Part shown: one piece after another, positions 49,786-58,927 of the stretch
Position numbering within the stretch: position 1 is the first letter of the stretch
Layout of the letters: every line of letters begins with the position of its first letter
NCBI GenBank assembly: GCA_039028615.1
Contig: JBCCHT010000002.1
Span: 512,001 to 576,000, forward strand
Reading direction: 5' to 3'
Length of the DNA stretch: 64,000 bases
Origin: Myxococcota bacterium
Lineage (GTDB): Bacteria > Myxococcota_A > Polyangia > Nannocystales > Nannocystaceae
Notes under the pieces: generated by a model
Seen by the model: only the letters and a program-made list of their open reading frames with translations
Database searches by the model: none
What the model was told of the DNA's origin: nothing
Position numbers and translations under genes: made by a program

Positions 49786-52700
49786 ATGATCTACGACGAA
49801 CCCGTCGATTACATCGGTGGTCTGGAGATCTATCGAGATTTCTCCAACCCCAACACGTACTACTTCCTGCCCCCCACCGCCCCGCGCATCGCGAGAGTCG
49901 CCGATCAAGGCCCCGACGGTGACTACGCCCTCCGCCTGGTGCTCTTTCGGCCCGACCCGGAAGCAGCCCCGCCCCAGGGCATGGAGGACGGCGGAGGCTT
50001 CCTGAACCTCGATGTCGACCTCGACATCACCGAGGCCCGGCTCAACAGCATCGAAGAGGAGCTGCGCAGCAAGTTCGGCGACGAGGTCAACCTCGTGCCC
50101 GTGCCCTTCACCGAGGGCAGCGTCGAGCTGGTGCTGCTGGGCGTGAGCCGCGGCGACGAAGGGCAACCCTTCGTGCGCAAGGTCGCCGGCTCGGCCGTGC
50201 CCTCGCTGTACGGCTCACAGCGCGCGGCCTTCAGCGTCGTGCTCGATCGCCACGGCGCCGCGCTGATGCGCCAGGTCCTGGCCGAGGGTGGAGTCACGAT
50301 GGCGCTGGCCATCTACCACCTCAAGTACGCGGCCATCGGACCCGCCTACAACCTCGAGATCACCATCGACTACTCCAAGGCCCACGAGCTGATGGACCTG
50401 CGGCTCAACGCCGGGGTCACCGTCTCGAACTCGAAGAACAAGTTCGTAGGCAAGGCCGGCTTCCACATGCTGATGGAAGAGCTCCGGGAAAACCGCGCCA
50501 TCGTGGTCAACGAGCTCGACCCCATCCCCGGCGAAGGCGGTCGCAGCGACACGAGCCAGGAGGAGATCAACGACATCATCGGCAAGCTGATGGGCTCGGA
50601 GTGGTTCCGCCCCTCGCTCAGCCAGATGTCCCAGCTGACGCAGGTCGGCAACAACAACAACAGCAACACCACCAGCAATACGTCCGCGCCCAACCCGACC
50701 ACGGCGCCGACGACCGCCCCCACCACCGCGCCGACGACCGCCCCCACCACCGCTCCGGCTCAACGTCAGCCCGCGGTGTGGACCGAGAACACGGCCGAGT
50801 CGCGCTACAACTCGGAGCTCGGTGTCGAGGCCTTCACCGCCTCGACCTCCGGCACCACGGAGCGGCTGGTCATCAAGGGCACGCCGCGGCGCGTGACCGC
50901 GGGCGGCCGCACGCTCACCGTCAACAACCGGGCGGTGAACATCGAGGTCCCCATCCCGACCGGCACCACCCCGACCTCGGTCCCCGTGGAGATCGAGTGG
51001 GAGCCCCTCCAGGGCGAAGGGCAGCTCGTCGACACCAAGTTCCACCTGTTCTTCGGTTTCGACGACCCGGAAAACTCCGCCGAGGTCACCGCCTATATCG
51101 CCGAGAACCCGCCCGGCGGGGACGACCGCTACACGAACCACTCGCGCGTGCAGGACGGGACCACCCGTGGACCCGCCGCGCTGCGCACCTGGGCCCAGGG
51201 CCTGGCCAACGGCACCGTGCACATCGACGGCTACGCGAGCACGGAGCGGGACCCGAGCGACGAAAACCTCAATCAATCGTTGTCGGGGCGTCGCATCCAA
51301 GTGGCCCGAGGCCTGCTGGGCAGCGTGCAGAACCCCCCCGGGGGCAGCTTCACCATCACCCACCAGCAGCACGGGGACAATGGCGCCGAGCGTGGTGACG
51401 TCCCCGAGCTCACCGACGATCCCGGGCGAACCCCCGACAACCAGCCCGGTCGCGGCGACAACAGCCGAGCGTCGCATCGCGTGGCGATCATCAAGGGGCA
51501 AAAAACCGGCGATCGACCCGAGCCCACCCCGCAGATCCTCAAGGGCACGCTGACCCGGGCCCCCTCGGTCCAGCCCAGCCCCTCGCCCACGCCGTCGCCC
51601 ACCCCGACGCCGCCGCCCGCCGATCCCACGAAGGTCGAAGCCAGCTTCGAGATCAACTTCGAGATGATCGAGCGGCGCGAGCAGATCACGGCCAGCTACA
51701 ACCTCAGTCGCCGCGAGGCCCGGATCCACGAGATTCACCCGCAGGGGCAGCTGAGCTTCGAAGACGACGACCCCGAGCGCTACATCATCGAAGCCGACGG
51801 GGCGATCGACTTCTTCCAGAGCATCGGGCTACGCGCCACGACCACCGCGCTGTGGGACCTCGACGGCATCGACTCGATCCAGATCCAGCTGCGCTACGGC
51901 CCCAACGACAGCGGCAGCTTCAAGCGACGCGGCGAGATCATGCTGAGCTCCGCGCAGGACAACGGCACCTGGAAGGTCGACGTCCTGCACGAGAACGAAG
52001 ACCGGTCCCGCCCGGTCGTGTACTGGTACGACTACAAGGTCACCATTCACTACCGACAGGGCGTGGCCCTGGGCCAGCAGCGCGGGGCCATCGACAGCGT
52101 GGGGGCCCCCGGGGCCGACGCCGAGGGCTGGATCCGCAGCTTCTCGCGCAACCTCGTCATTCATCCCCGCGACGTCACCCCGGCCCTGACCGTCAACGTC
52201 ATGACCGGCATCGTGAAGTACGACCTGCTCAAGCACGCCCAGGTGGAGCTGAGCTACGGCCCGTACAAGCAGAACCTGATGATGTCGGCCGAAAAGTCCG
52301 AGCATCGCCTGGTCATCCGGCCCGAGGCCGATCTCGCGGACGAGCCCATTCGCACCACGGGCATGCTCTACTACAACGACGGGGCTCAGGTCCCGCTGCC
52401 GCCGATGGAGTGGCAGCCCCAGGAGCTGGTCGTCATCAACGAGGCCCGCGAGAACACGCTCCGCGTCCGGCTCATCATGGCCGACCCCGGTGACGAGTTC
52501 GAGAAGATCCAGGTGCGGCTGCGCTACGACCACGGCAGCCGGCTCCTGGAGCAGAACTTCGAGCTGACCGAGCACGCCCAGCTCGAGGAGTGGGCCGTTC
52601 GCCTCGAAGACCCGGCCGCGCGCGCGTGGCAGTACCAGCTCACCGCCATCAAGACCAGCGGCGCCATCGAGACCACCGACTGGCTCGCCGGTGAGGACGA

Positions 52701-53016
52701 TCAGCTCATCGTGGGCATCGAGGTCGTCGACGTCATCCCGGTGCAGGTCACCTGGCTCATGCCGCCGCCCGCGGGGGGCCTGCTGGCCGTCAAGATCGAC
52801 ATGGCCTACGACGACGACCGCTCCGACGTACACTGGGCCCACTCGGAGGTCATCAACCCCGGCCACTCGGGCAGCTTCCGCTGGTCGATCGCCATCAAGG
52901 ACCGGGCCCTTCGCACCTATCGCTACCGGGTGACCGAGTTCCGCACCACCGGGGTCACCGAAGGCGAGTGGCGCGAATCGAACACCAAGTCGCTCGTGCT
53001 GCTGCCCGGCATGTAG
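49786..53016 (+). CDS. Large hypothetical protein (1076 aa): N-terminal core, inserted OmpA-like domain, four beta-rich C-terminal repeats
   Basis: Strong codon bias; FFGFD..IDGYAS..NQSLSGRR..HG..HRVAI (OmpA_C-like); repeated hxhxhxY..YxY.. modules; no signal peptide. Confidence 0.85.
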   Translation: MIYDEPVDYIGGLEIYRDFSNPNTYYFLPPTAPRIARVADQGPDGDYALRLVLFRPDPEAAPPQGMEDGGGFLNLDVDLDITEARLNSIEEELRSKFGDEVNLVPVPFTEGSVELVLLGVSRGDEGQPFVRKVAGSAVPSLYGSQRAAFSVVLDRHGAALMRQVLAEGGVTMALAIYHLKYAAIGPAYNLEITIDYSKAHELMDLRLNAGVTVSNSKNKFVGKAGFHMLMEELRENRAIVVNELDPIPGEGGRSDTSQEEINDIIGKLMGSEWFRPSLSQMSQLTQVGNNNNSNTTSNTSAPNPTTAPTTAPTTAPTTAPTTAPAQRQPAVWTENTAESRYNSELGVEAFTASTSGTTERLVIKGTPRRVTAGGRTLTVNNRAVNIEVPIPTGTTPTSVPVEIEWEPLQGEGQLVDTKFHLFFGFDDPENSAEVTAYIAENPPGGDDRYTNHSRVQDGTTRGPAALRTWAQGLANGTVHIDGYASTERDPSDENLNQSLSGRRIQVARGLLGSVQNPPGGSFTITHQQHGDNGAERGDVPELTDDPGRTPDNQPGRGDNSRASHRVAIIKGQKTGDRPEPTPQILKGTLTRAPSVQPSPSPTPSPTPTPPPADPTKVEASFEINFEMIERREQITASYNLSRREARIHEIHPQGQLSFEDDDPERYIIEADGAIDFFQSIGLRATTTALWDLDGIDSIQIQLRYGPNDSGSFKRRGEIMLSSAQDNGTWKVDVLHENEDRSRPVVYWYDYKVTIHYRQGVALGQQRGAIDSVGAPGADAEGWIRSFSRNLVIHPRDVTPALTVNVMTGIVKYDLLKHAQVELSYGPYKQNLMMSAEKSEHRLVIRPEADLADEPIRTTGMLYYNDGAQVPLPPMEWQPQELVVINEARENTLRVRLIMADPGDEFEKIQVRLRYDHGSRLLEQNFELTEHAQLEEWAVRLEDPAARAWQYQLTAIKTSGAIETTDWLAGEDDQLIVGIEVVDVIPVQVTWLMPPPAGGLLAVKIDMAYDDDRSDVHWAHSEVINPGHSGSFRWSIAIKDRALRTYRYRVTEFRTTGVTEGEWRESNTKSLVLLPGM
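50695..50754 (+). repeat. In-frame 12-bp tandem repeat x5 encoding (PTTA)5 linker
   Basis: CCSACSACSGCN x5. Confidence 0.9.
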
Positions 53017-53037
53017 GGAGCGCCGCCAGGACATCGG

Positions 53038-53074
53038 GGGCCGGCCGCGCAAACGCGCAGCCGGCCCTTTTGTT
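53038..53074 (+). terminator. Rho-independent terminator
   Basis: GGGCCGGC-C-GCGC-AAAC-GCGC-A-GCCGGCCC followed by TTTTGTT. Confidence 0.8.
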
Positions 53075-53155
53075 GCCCGCGTCTCGGGGCGATTCATCCC
53101 ACGGCGTCCCCCGCGGGCGAAAGCCGGTGGCGGGCCCGGCGTTGTCTGAGTCCCA

Positions 53156-54226
53156 ATGCGAGCCTCGCTGTCGTTGTTGTCCTTGTCCTGCGGCATCCTG
53201 CTCGGGGGCTGCTTCCTCGAGCCCGAGAGCCCTCCCTTCGATGACGGCGATCGCCCGTATCGCGACCAGTGGCGGACGGAGCTCGATGCTCCGCTGGAGC
53301 TGACCGGCCTCGATGCCATCCGCACCCTGTGGGTCGGCGGCCCCGAGTACGAGGGCAACTTCGCCAATCGTGGAGACATCGTGGTGCAGTTCCACGACGA
53401 AGACCGGATCGTGGTCGAGATGCGGCGCTTCGCCCACGCACAGTCCTCCGAGCAGGCGCAGAACTACTTCGATGCGCTGCAGCTGTGGGCCTATGCGCGG
53501 GACATCGAGCGACCGATGCACCCCAGCCACATGATGTACCCGCGGCCCTGCGTCGACGACGACGGGCTGCTCCGCGACGAGTGTGCCATGCGGGTCTACT
53601 ACGAGGGCCTGCAGCAGCCGGTACGGACCGGGGCCGACATCCGCGTGACGCTGCCCGCGAGCTACGAAGGTCAGCTGAAGCTGTTCACCGAGGACCTGCT
53701 GTCCGACTCGACCTATCTCAACCGGGGCAACGTGTGCATCGAGCCCACCCGAGCGCAGATCTCGGCCGAGCTGGGGCGCGGCATCGGGCTGGCCTCGATC
53801 GCGGGCGCCGAGCAGTCGTCGGGAGGCACGCCCACCGTCGCGTTCGATGCCGTGGCCGCCGACCTCCAGGTCGACCTGCCGCCCGAGCTGTACACCGCGG
53901 TGAGCCTCACCTACGAGGACGACAGCGACAAGAGCGAGCGCTGCTGGGCCGACATTCAAGTCACCGACTTCGATCACCGCAGCGCCAGCTTCGGCTCGAC
54001 CCACAGCAGCATCGGCGGAGCCGCGGGCTCGTGGGAAGAGGGCCAGCCCTTCGATGCCTCCGTGCGCCTCGAGGCCTCGAGCTGCGACGTGGTGGCATAC
54101 ACCGAGCGCCCCGAGGACTGGACCGACGAATTCGAGGATCAAAACGTCGAGATGCGCGGCGTGGTGGGTGTCTGCCGCAACTGCCTGCGCGAGTTCTCCT
54201 GCGCTCAGCTGTTGCCGGGCAACTGA
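53156..54226 (+). CDS. Hypothetical lipoprotein
   Basis: Lipobox LGGC; several Cys including C-terminal CRNC..C. Confidence 0.8.
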   Translation: MRASLSLLSLSCGILLGGCFLEPESPPFDDGDRPYRDQWRTELDAPLELTGLDAIRTLWVGGPEYEGNFANRGDIVVQFHDEDRIVVEMRRFAHAQSSEQAQNYFDALQLWAYARDIERPMHPSHMMYPRPCVDDDGLLRDECAMRVYYEGLQQPVRTGADIRVTLPASYEGQLKLFTEDLLSDSTYLNRGNVCIEPTRAQISAELGRGIGLASIAGAEQSSGGTPTVAFDAVAADLQVDLPPELYTAVSLTYEDDSDKSERCWADIQVTDFDHRSASFGSTHSSIGGAAGSWEEGQPFDASVRLEASSCDVVAYTERPEDWTDEFEDQNVEMRGVVGVCRNCLREFSCAQLLPGN

Positions 54227-54279
54227 TTCCCCCCGTTCGAGGGGTACGGGGGCGCCCGCCTCGCCGATACCCTCGGACG

Positions 54280-55179
54280 ATGGCCGACGACCTCGTTTCC
54301 GAACTCCCCACGCTGCGTCTCTACAGCGGGGGGCCCAGCGTGGTGCTCTGGCAGAAATTCCTCGTCGCCAAGGGCCACAGCTCCGGCGCCCCCGATGGCA
54401 TGTTCGGCAACGGCGCGAAGAAATCGACCGAGAGCTACCAGCGCTCGATCGGTGTGGGAGCCGATGGCGTCGTCGGCCGGGGCACCTACGAAAAGGCGAT
54501 CGCCGACGGGTTCGATCCAAGCGGGCTCGGGTACGGCGCAGCGACAGACCCCAACGATCCAGCATCGGTGCGTCCTGCTCCCGGCTTTACGCCCACGCTG
54601 GTCGACGCCAAGGACCGCGGCGCGGCCAAGCTCGCCTCGAAACACCGCCGCAGCGCACTGAGGAGCGCCCAGGAGCTCGACAAGGTGGACGGCATCGTCC
54701 TCCACCAGATGAGCTTTTATCGCAAAGGCGACACCATCGACCGCTACGCCGACGTCCCCGCGCACTACATCATCACGCAGCAAGGCGAGCTGGCCCAGCT
54801 GCATGACCACAACGTGTATCTGTATACGAGCAACTCGCTCAACGCGACCACCGTCGGCGTCGAGTTTGCCGGCAACTTCGCCTCGACCTCAGGCTCGTTC
54901 TACCAAAAGCAGAAATTCTGGGCCTGCGTCCTGACCCCGCATCAAGTCAGCGCGGCGCGGCTGTTGCTCGAGACGGTGCAGCGAGACCGCGGGATCACCA
55001 AGGTCTACTCGCACATTCAGGCCTACGCCGGTCGCTCGAACTGCGGCGGACCGGACATCTGGGCCAGCGTGGGTCAGTGGGGCGTCGACGTGCTCCGCCT
55101 CTCCGACGGCGGGCCCGGGTGGAAGAAGGACGACGGCGCAGAGATTCCCGATGTCTGGCGCACCTGGGGTCGCGCGTAG
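54280..55179 (+). CDS. Peptidoglycan-binding domain + N-acetylmuramoyl-L-alanine amidase (Amidase_2-like)
   Basis: WQKFL..DGMFG..YQ..ADGVVGRGT (PGBD); IVLHQ, AHYII, N..TVGVE, SH, NC (Zn ligands His/His/Cys). Confidence 0.85.
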   Translation: MADDLVSELPTLRLYSGGPSVVLWQKFLVAKGHSSGAPDGMFGNGAKKSTESYQRSIGVGADGVVGRGTYEKAIADGFDPSGLGYGAATDPNDPASVRPAPGFTPTLVDAKDRGAAKLASKHRRSALRSAQELDKVDGIVLHQMSFYRKGDTIDRYADVPAHYIITQQGELAQLHDHNVYLYTSNSLNATTVGVEFAGNFASTSGSFYQKQKFWACVLTPHQVSAARLLLETVQRDRGITKVYSHIQAYAGRSNCGGPDIWASVGQWGVDVLRLSDGGPGWKKDDGAEIPDVWRTWGRA

Positions 55180-55189
55180 GCGCGGGAGC

Positions 55190-55591
55190 TCAGCCTTGCT
55201 CGTGATACCGGGCCGAGATGCGGTCGTTCTCGTGCACGGTCACCGCGAGCATGCGAACCCGGTCGCCGGCCGCCGACTCGGCCAGCGCGTGACCCAGCCG
55301 ATGGTAGATGTGGGCCGCGATGTTCTCCGCCGTGGGGTTGACCTCGTCGAAGGGGGTCACCTCGTTGAGCAGCCGATGGTCGAGCCGAGCGGTGACCTCC
55401 TCGGTCATGCGCGTCAGCTCGCGGAAGTCGATGCCCATGCCCAGCTCGTCGAGCCGATGCGCTCGGACCTCGACCTCGACCCGGAAATTGTGGCCATGGA
55501 CCTGCTCACACGCCCCCGGATAGCCCCGTAGAACGTGGGCCGAGGAGAACTCGGTGACGACGCGTAGGTCGTAGGTCTTGGACGCAGTCAT
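55190..55591 (-). CDS. queD: 6-carboxytetrahydropterin synthase
   Basis: FSSAH, CEQVHGHN, IDF, LDHRLLN, PTAENIA. Confidence 0.93.
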   Translation of the reverse strand: MTASKTYDLRVVTEFSSAHVLRGYPGACEQVHGHNFRVEVEVRAHRLDELGMGIDFRELTRMTEEVTARLDHRLLNEVTPFDEVNPTAENIAAHIYHRLGHALAESAAGDRVRMLAVTVHENDRISARYHEQG

Positions 55592-55764
55592 GAGGGCGGG
55601 CCCCGTGGCGAACTCAGGAACCTAGCAGCTTGTCACGGACGGGGGAAAGCGCCTTTCGAGGGAACGCTCACGCACGCCGAAGCCGCCGAGCCCGGGGTCC
55701 AGGGGGCCTCGGAGCGTCGGAACAAACCACCTGTAGAGCCTCGTACGGGCCTACACAGGACGAT

Positions 55765-56757
55765 CTAGACCCGCATGACCGCGGCGCCCCAGGTGAGCCC
55801 GGTGCCGAACGCGGTCATCGCCAACAGCTGTCCCGGCTTCAGCACGCCCTCGCGTCGGGCCTGGCTGATGGCCGTGGGGATGGAGGCGGCCGAGATGTTC
55901 CCGTAATTCTCGAGCACCGAGTACACCTTCTCGGCCGGGATTTTCGAGCGCTCCCGACAGGCCTCCATGATGCGGATGTTGGCCTGATGAGGGATGAACA
56001 CGTCGATGTCCTCGGGGCCGACTCCGGCCTCTTCCATCGCACGCAGCAGGCTGCCGCTCATGGCTCGCACCGCGTGCTTGAAGACCTTGGAGCCCTCCAT
56101 GTAGACGGTGTGCGCCGCCTCGTCGACGGTGCCGTGGGACGCGGGCATGCGCGTGCCACCGGCCGGCACCTGGAGGATGGAGGCCAAGGTGCCGTCGCTG
56201 CCCCAGTTGGACGCGAGGATGCCCGGCCCGTCCTTCGACTCGTCGTCGCTGGGCCCGACGATGGCCGCCCCGGCTCCGTCTCCGAAGAGCACGCAGGTGC
56301 GTCGATCATTCCAGTTGAGGATCTTGCTGAAGACTTCCGCCCCGCAGACCGCGACTCGCTTGGCGCGACCGCACTCGATCCAGTTGGTCGCCACCTCGAG
56401 GCCAAACACGAAGCTCGTGCACCCGGCCATCACGTCGAAGGCGGGCATGCCCTTGACCCCGAGCCGGTCTTGAACCCAGCACGCGGTGGAGGGAAACAGG
56501 GTGTCCTGCGAGCAGGTGCCGACGATGATGCCGTCGAGCTCGCCCGGCTCCATGCCGGCGTTCTTGCAGGCTTCGGCGATGGCCCCCGCGGCCAGGTCGG
56601 ACGTGGAGGTCTTGCCTTCCACCACCCGCCGCGCCCCGATTCCCGTTCGCTCGCGGATCCACTGATCGGAGGTATCCAGAGTCTCCGAGAGGTCGTCGTT
56701 GGTCACGACCTTGTCCGGCATGCAGTGGCCAGCTCCCAGGAACTTCACTCGTCTCAT
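55765..56757 (-). CDS. fabH: 3-oxoacyl-ACP synthase III
   Basis: WIRERTGI, AGC, LFGDGAGA, PHQANIRI, YGNISAAS (Cys-His-Asn triad). Confidence 0.92.
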   Translation of the reverse strand: MRRVKFLGAGHCMPDKVVTNDDLSETLDTSDQWIRERTGIGARRVVEGKTSTSDLAAGAIAEACKNAGMEPGELDGIIVGTCSQDTLFPSTACWVQDRLGVKGMPAFDVMAGCTSFVFGLEVATNWIECGRAKRVAVCGAEVFSKILNWNDRRTCVLFGDGAGAAIVGPSDDESKDGPGILASNWGSDGTLASILQVPAGGTRMPASHGTVDEAAHTVYMEGSKVFKHAVRAMSGSLLRAMEEAGVGPEDIDVFIPHQANIRIMEACRERSKIPAEKVYSVLENYGNISAASIPTAISQARREGVLKPGQLLAMTAFGTGLTWGAAVMRV

Positions 56758-57098
56758 GGCGTCCTCTTCGACCGGTGACGCGCGCCACTTGGCTCGCGTC
56801 AAGTCGATTCGATTACCTCCTAACCCGAACGACCGTCAACGATGGACAGCGCACGCGCCCTGAATCGCCGTAGAGGATCGACGCAGTGCATGCAGACCCC
56901 GCGAAGTCGAGTTCACACCCACTCGGCAGCGGTGTGCATCCCCTGCGAACCAAGGGTCACTTCGTACGCAAAGCCACTCGATGCGGGCCCGATCGTGCAA
57001 ACCGGCATGTTTGCTTCCGTAGCAGTCTACGGGCGAGGCGCCTCCGGGCAGCCGAATCGGCACGTCCGAACATCCAGACGTAGTCGAAAGACGAAGTG

Positions 57099-57995
57099 CT
57101 AACGCTCGAGCAACTTGCGGGCGTGCGTGCGCTCCCACATTACCGCCTCGACGTAGTGCTCGAACTTTTCTTCGTCACGACGGAAGGCTGGCGGGTGGTG
57201 CTGGCGCCGCCCGTCCACCACGGGCAGGCCATGAAGCTCGTGCAGCATCTCGTGATAGACGATCCATTCGACGAAGAAGCGGGGCACGTCGCGGGCATCG
57301 AGCACGGGATGAATGCGGATCAGCTCGTCGTCGAAGACATAGCGACCGAGGCTGATGGAGGCCCGTGACCGTCGACGCTTGGTCCTCGGTCCCCACGTGA
57401 TGCGAGCGTTGATGGCCCCGTCGAAGTAGGCCTCGTTGAGCTCGTCGAAGATTTCCTGGAGGTTGTGGTAGCGCCCCTCGGTGTCCAGCGTGATGGTCCG
57501 CGGGCCCTGCCGCCGCCGAATCAGCTCCTCGTTGGCATCGGCATAGCGGCGCAACAAGGTGGCAGAGTCGCGGTCGTGGGCCTCGGCGTAGCGAGCCAGC
57601 GCCCGGGTGACCGCGGCGGGAGCCCCCACGAACATGTGGTGCACGCGAAAGGTCAGGACCCCCCGGGCGCCCTTGACCGAGAGCATCGTCTGCAGGTTGT
57701 CGGTGATCACCACCCGGGCCCGGGCCTTCTTCAGGTGCGCCGCGATGCGGTCCTGGAGCTCGGCGCGGGCGCGCTCTTGCTGCTGAGGGTCGGCGTCCCC
57801 GTACCGGAGCAACCCCGCCGCAATCGGCTCGACCTCGGGCTCGGCCTCACCGCCGAGGTCCTCCGCCTCGGCGGGCGTCGCCGAGTCGAGCTCCTCCGGC
57901 TCGGGGTCGGGCAGCGCGACCGCGAGGTTGCCCTCGGGCTCGTTGACCCGGGCGCTCCCCTGGGAGGCAGAGCGCGACTTGGGTGGGGGACACAT
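57099..57995 (-). CDS. SprT/M48-like zinc metallopeptidase domain protein
   Basis: FDELNEAYF, IRIHPVLD, YHEMLH..H..F. Start uncertain. Confidence 0.8.
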   Translation of the reverse strand: MCPPPKSRSASQGSARVNEPEGNLAVALPDPEPEELDSATPAEAEDLGGEAEPEVEPIAAGLLRYGDADPQQQERARAELQDRIAAHLKKARARVVITDNLQTMLSVKGARGVLTFRVHHMFVGAPAAVTRALARYAEAHDRDSATLLRRYADANEELIRRRQGPRTITLDTEGRYHNLQEIFDELNEAYFDGAINARITWGPRTKRRRSRASISLGRYVFDDELIRIHPVLDARDVPRFFVEWIVYHEMLHELHGLPVVDGRRQHHPPAFRRDEEKFEHYVEAVMWERTHARKLLER

Positions 57996-58159
57996 TGATT
58001 CGAACGCAGGAGCGTACGGGGCTGTCATTGCCCCGCTTGAAGTTTGAACCATAGGCGGTCGATCGCGAAACGAGCCCGCTGCGTGGTTGCAGCGCCACGA
58101 AAGGGGCGACGTAGGCGGCGGGCGTCGAGGCACCGCTAGGATATGATCAGCTCCACACC

Positions 58160-58174
58160 CCCAGAAATTCTGGG
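58160..58174. promoter_or_regulatory. Perfect 7-1-7 palindrome, candidate operator
   Basis: CCCAGAA-A-TTCTGGG between divergent genes. Confidence 0.4.
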
Positions 58175-58255
58175 ATCGACGCCGCCAACCCGACCGATCC
58201 GGGCACGAATTTGCGTCGTCAGGCCAAAGTTGCCGATCGGGATCTCATCGCCACC

Positions 58256-58927
58256 ATGACCACCCTCCATGTCCTCATTTTCGCCGGTCTTCGGGAGATC
58301 GCGCGCTCGGACGCCATATCCGTGGAGATCGATGCCGATGCCACGGCCGGAGATCTCCTCGCCGCCATGAGCGAGCAGCACCCCGCGCTCGCCGCTCGGC
58401 TCGTGCCCTGCCGGGTCGCGGTCGACCAGGAATTCGTGACCGCCGACCACCCGCTGGCCGGAGCTCGCGAGGTCGCCGTCATCCCGCCGGTCAGCGGGGG
58501 CCACGATGGCCCGCCCCGGGTCGCCGTGCGGGACGAGCCGCTGTCCCTCGATGCAGTCGTGGCCGCGGTGACGCATGCAGGCGCGGGAGGCATCGCCACC
58601 TTTACCGGCAACGTTCGCCTTCACAGCCGCGGCAAGACGGTCGACCACCTGGAGTACGAGGCCTATGCCCCGATGGCGATCAAGGTGCTGGACGAGATTC
58701 GCACGCGCATCGAGCAAGAGGTGGACGGGTCGCGGGTGGCCATTCACCACCGCGTCGGGACGCTGGGCATCGGCGAGACGGCGGTGGTGATCGCCGCCAG
58801 TGCACCGCATCGAGCCGAGGCATTCGCCGCCTGTCGAGAGGCCATCGAGGCGCTCAAGCGAGACGCGCCCATTTGGAAGCGCGAGGTCGACCGCGACGGC
58901 GGGGAGTGGATCGGGCAAGGCCCCTAG
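58256..58927 (+). CDS. Fused molybdopterin synthase MoaD-MoaE (MoaX-like)
   Basis: FAGLRE..IPPVSGG (MoaD) in frame with F.GNVR..LEYEAY..HRVG..PIWKRE (MoaE). Confidence 0.93.
   Translation: MTTLHVLIFAGLREIARSDAISVEIDADATAGDLLAAMSEQHPALAARLVPCRVAVDQEFVTADHPLAGAREVAVIPPVSGGHDGPPRVAVRDEPLSLDAVVAAVTHAGAGGIATFTGNVRLHSRGKTVDHLEYEAYAPMAIKVLDEIRTRIEQEVDGSRVAIHHRVGTLGIGETAVVIAASAPHRAEAFAACREAIEALKRDAPIWKREVDRDGGEWIGQGP

Noticed and set aside
49786..55179. Prophage or contractile injection system
   Set aside because: No recognisable sheath, tube, baseplate, VgrG, terminase or integrase genes in the window.
56811..56822. GATTACCTCCTA resembling the 16S rRNA 3' end
   Set aside because: Only 12 nt, with no flanking rRNA sequence.
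56760..57098. Lower-GC 340-bp intergenic region as tRNA, ncRNA or small CDS
   Set aside because: No cloverleaf or recognisable RNA motif, and the small ORFs lack codon bias; an Rfam scan would be needed to exclude it fully.
58200..58215. GGCACGAATTTGC as a sigma54 promoter for moaD-moaE
   Set aside because: GGCACG-to-TTGC spacing is one base short, and sigma54 spacing is strict.
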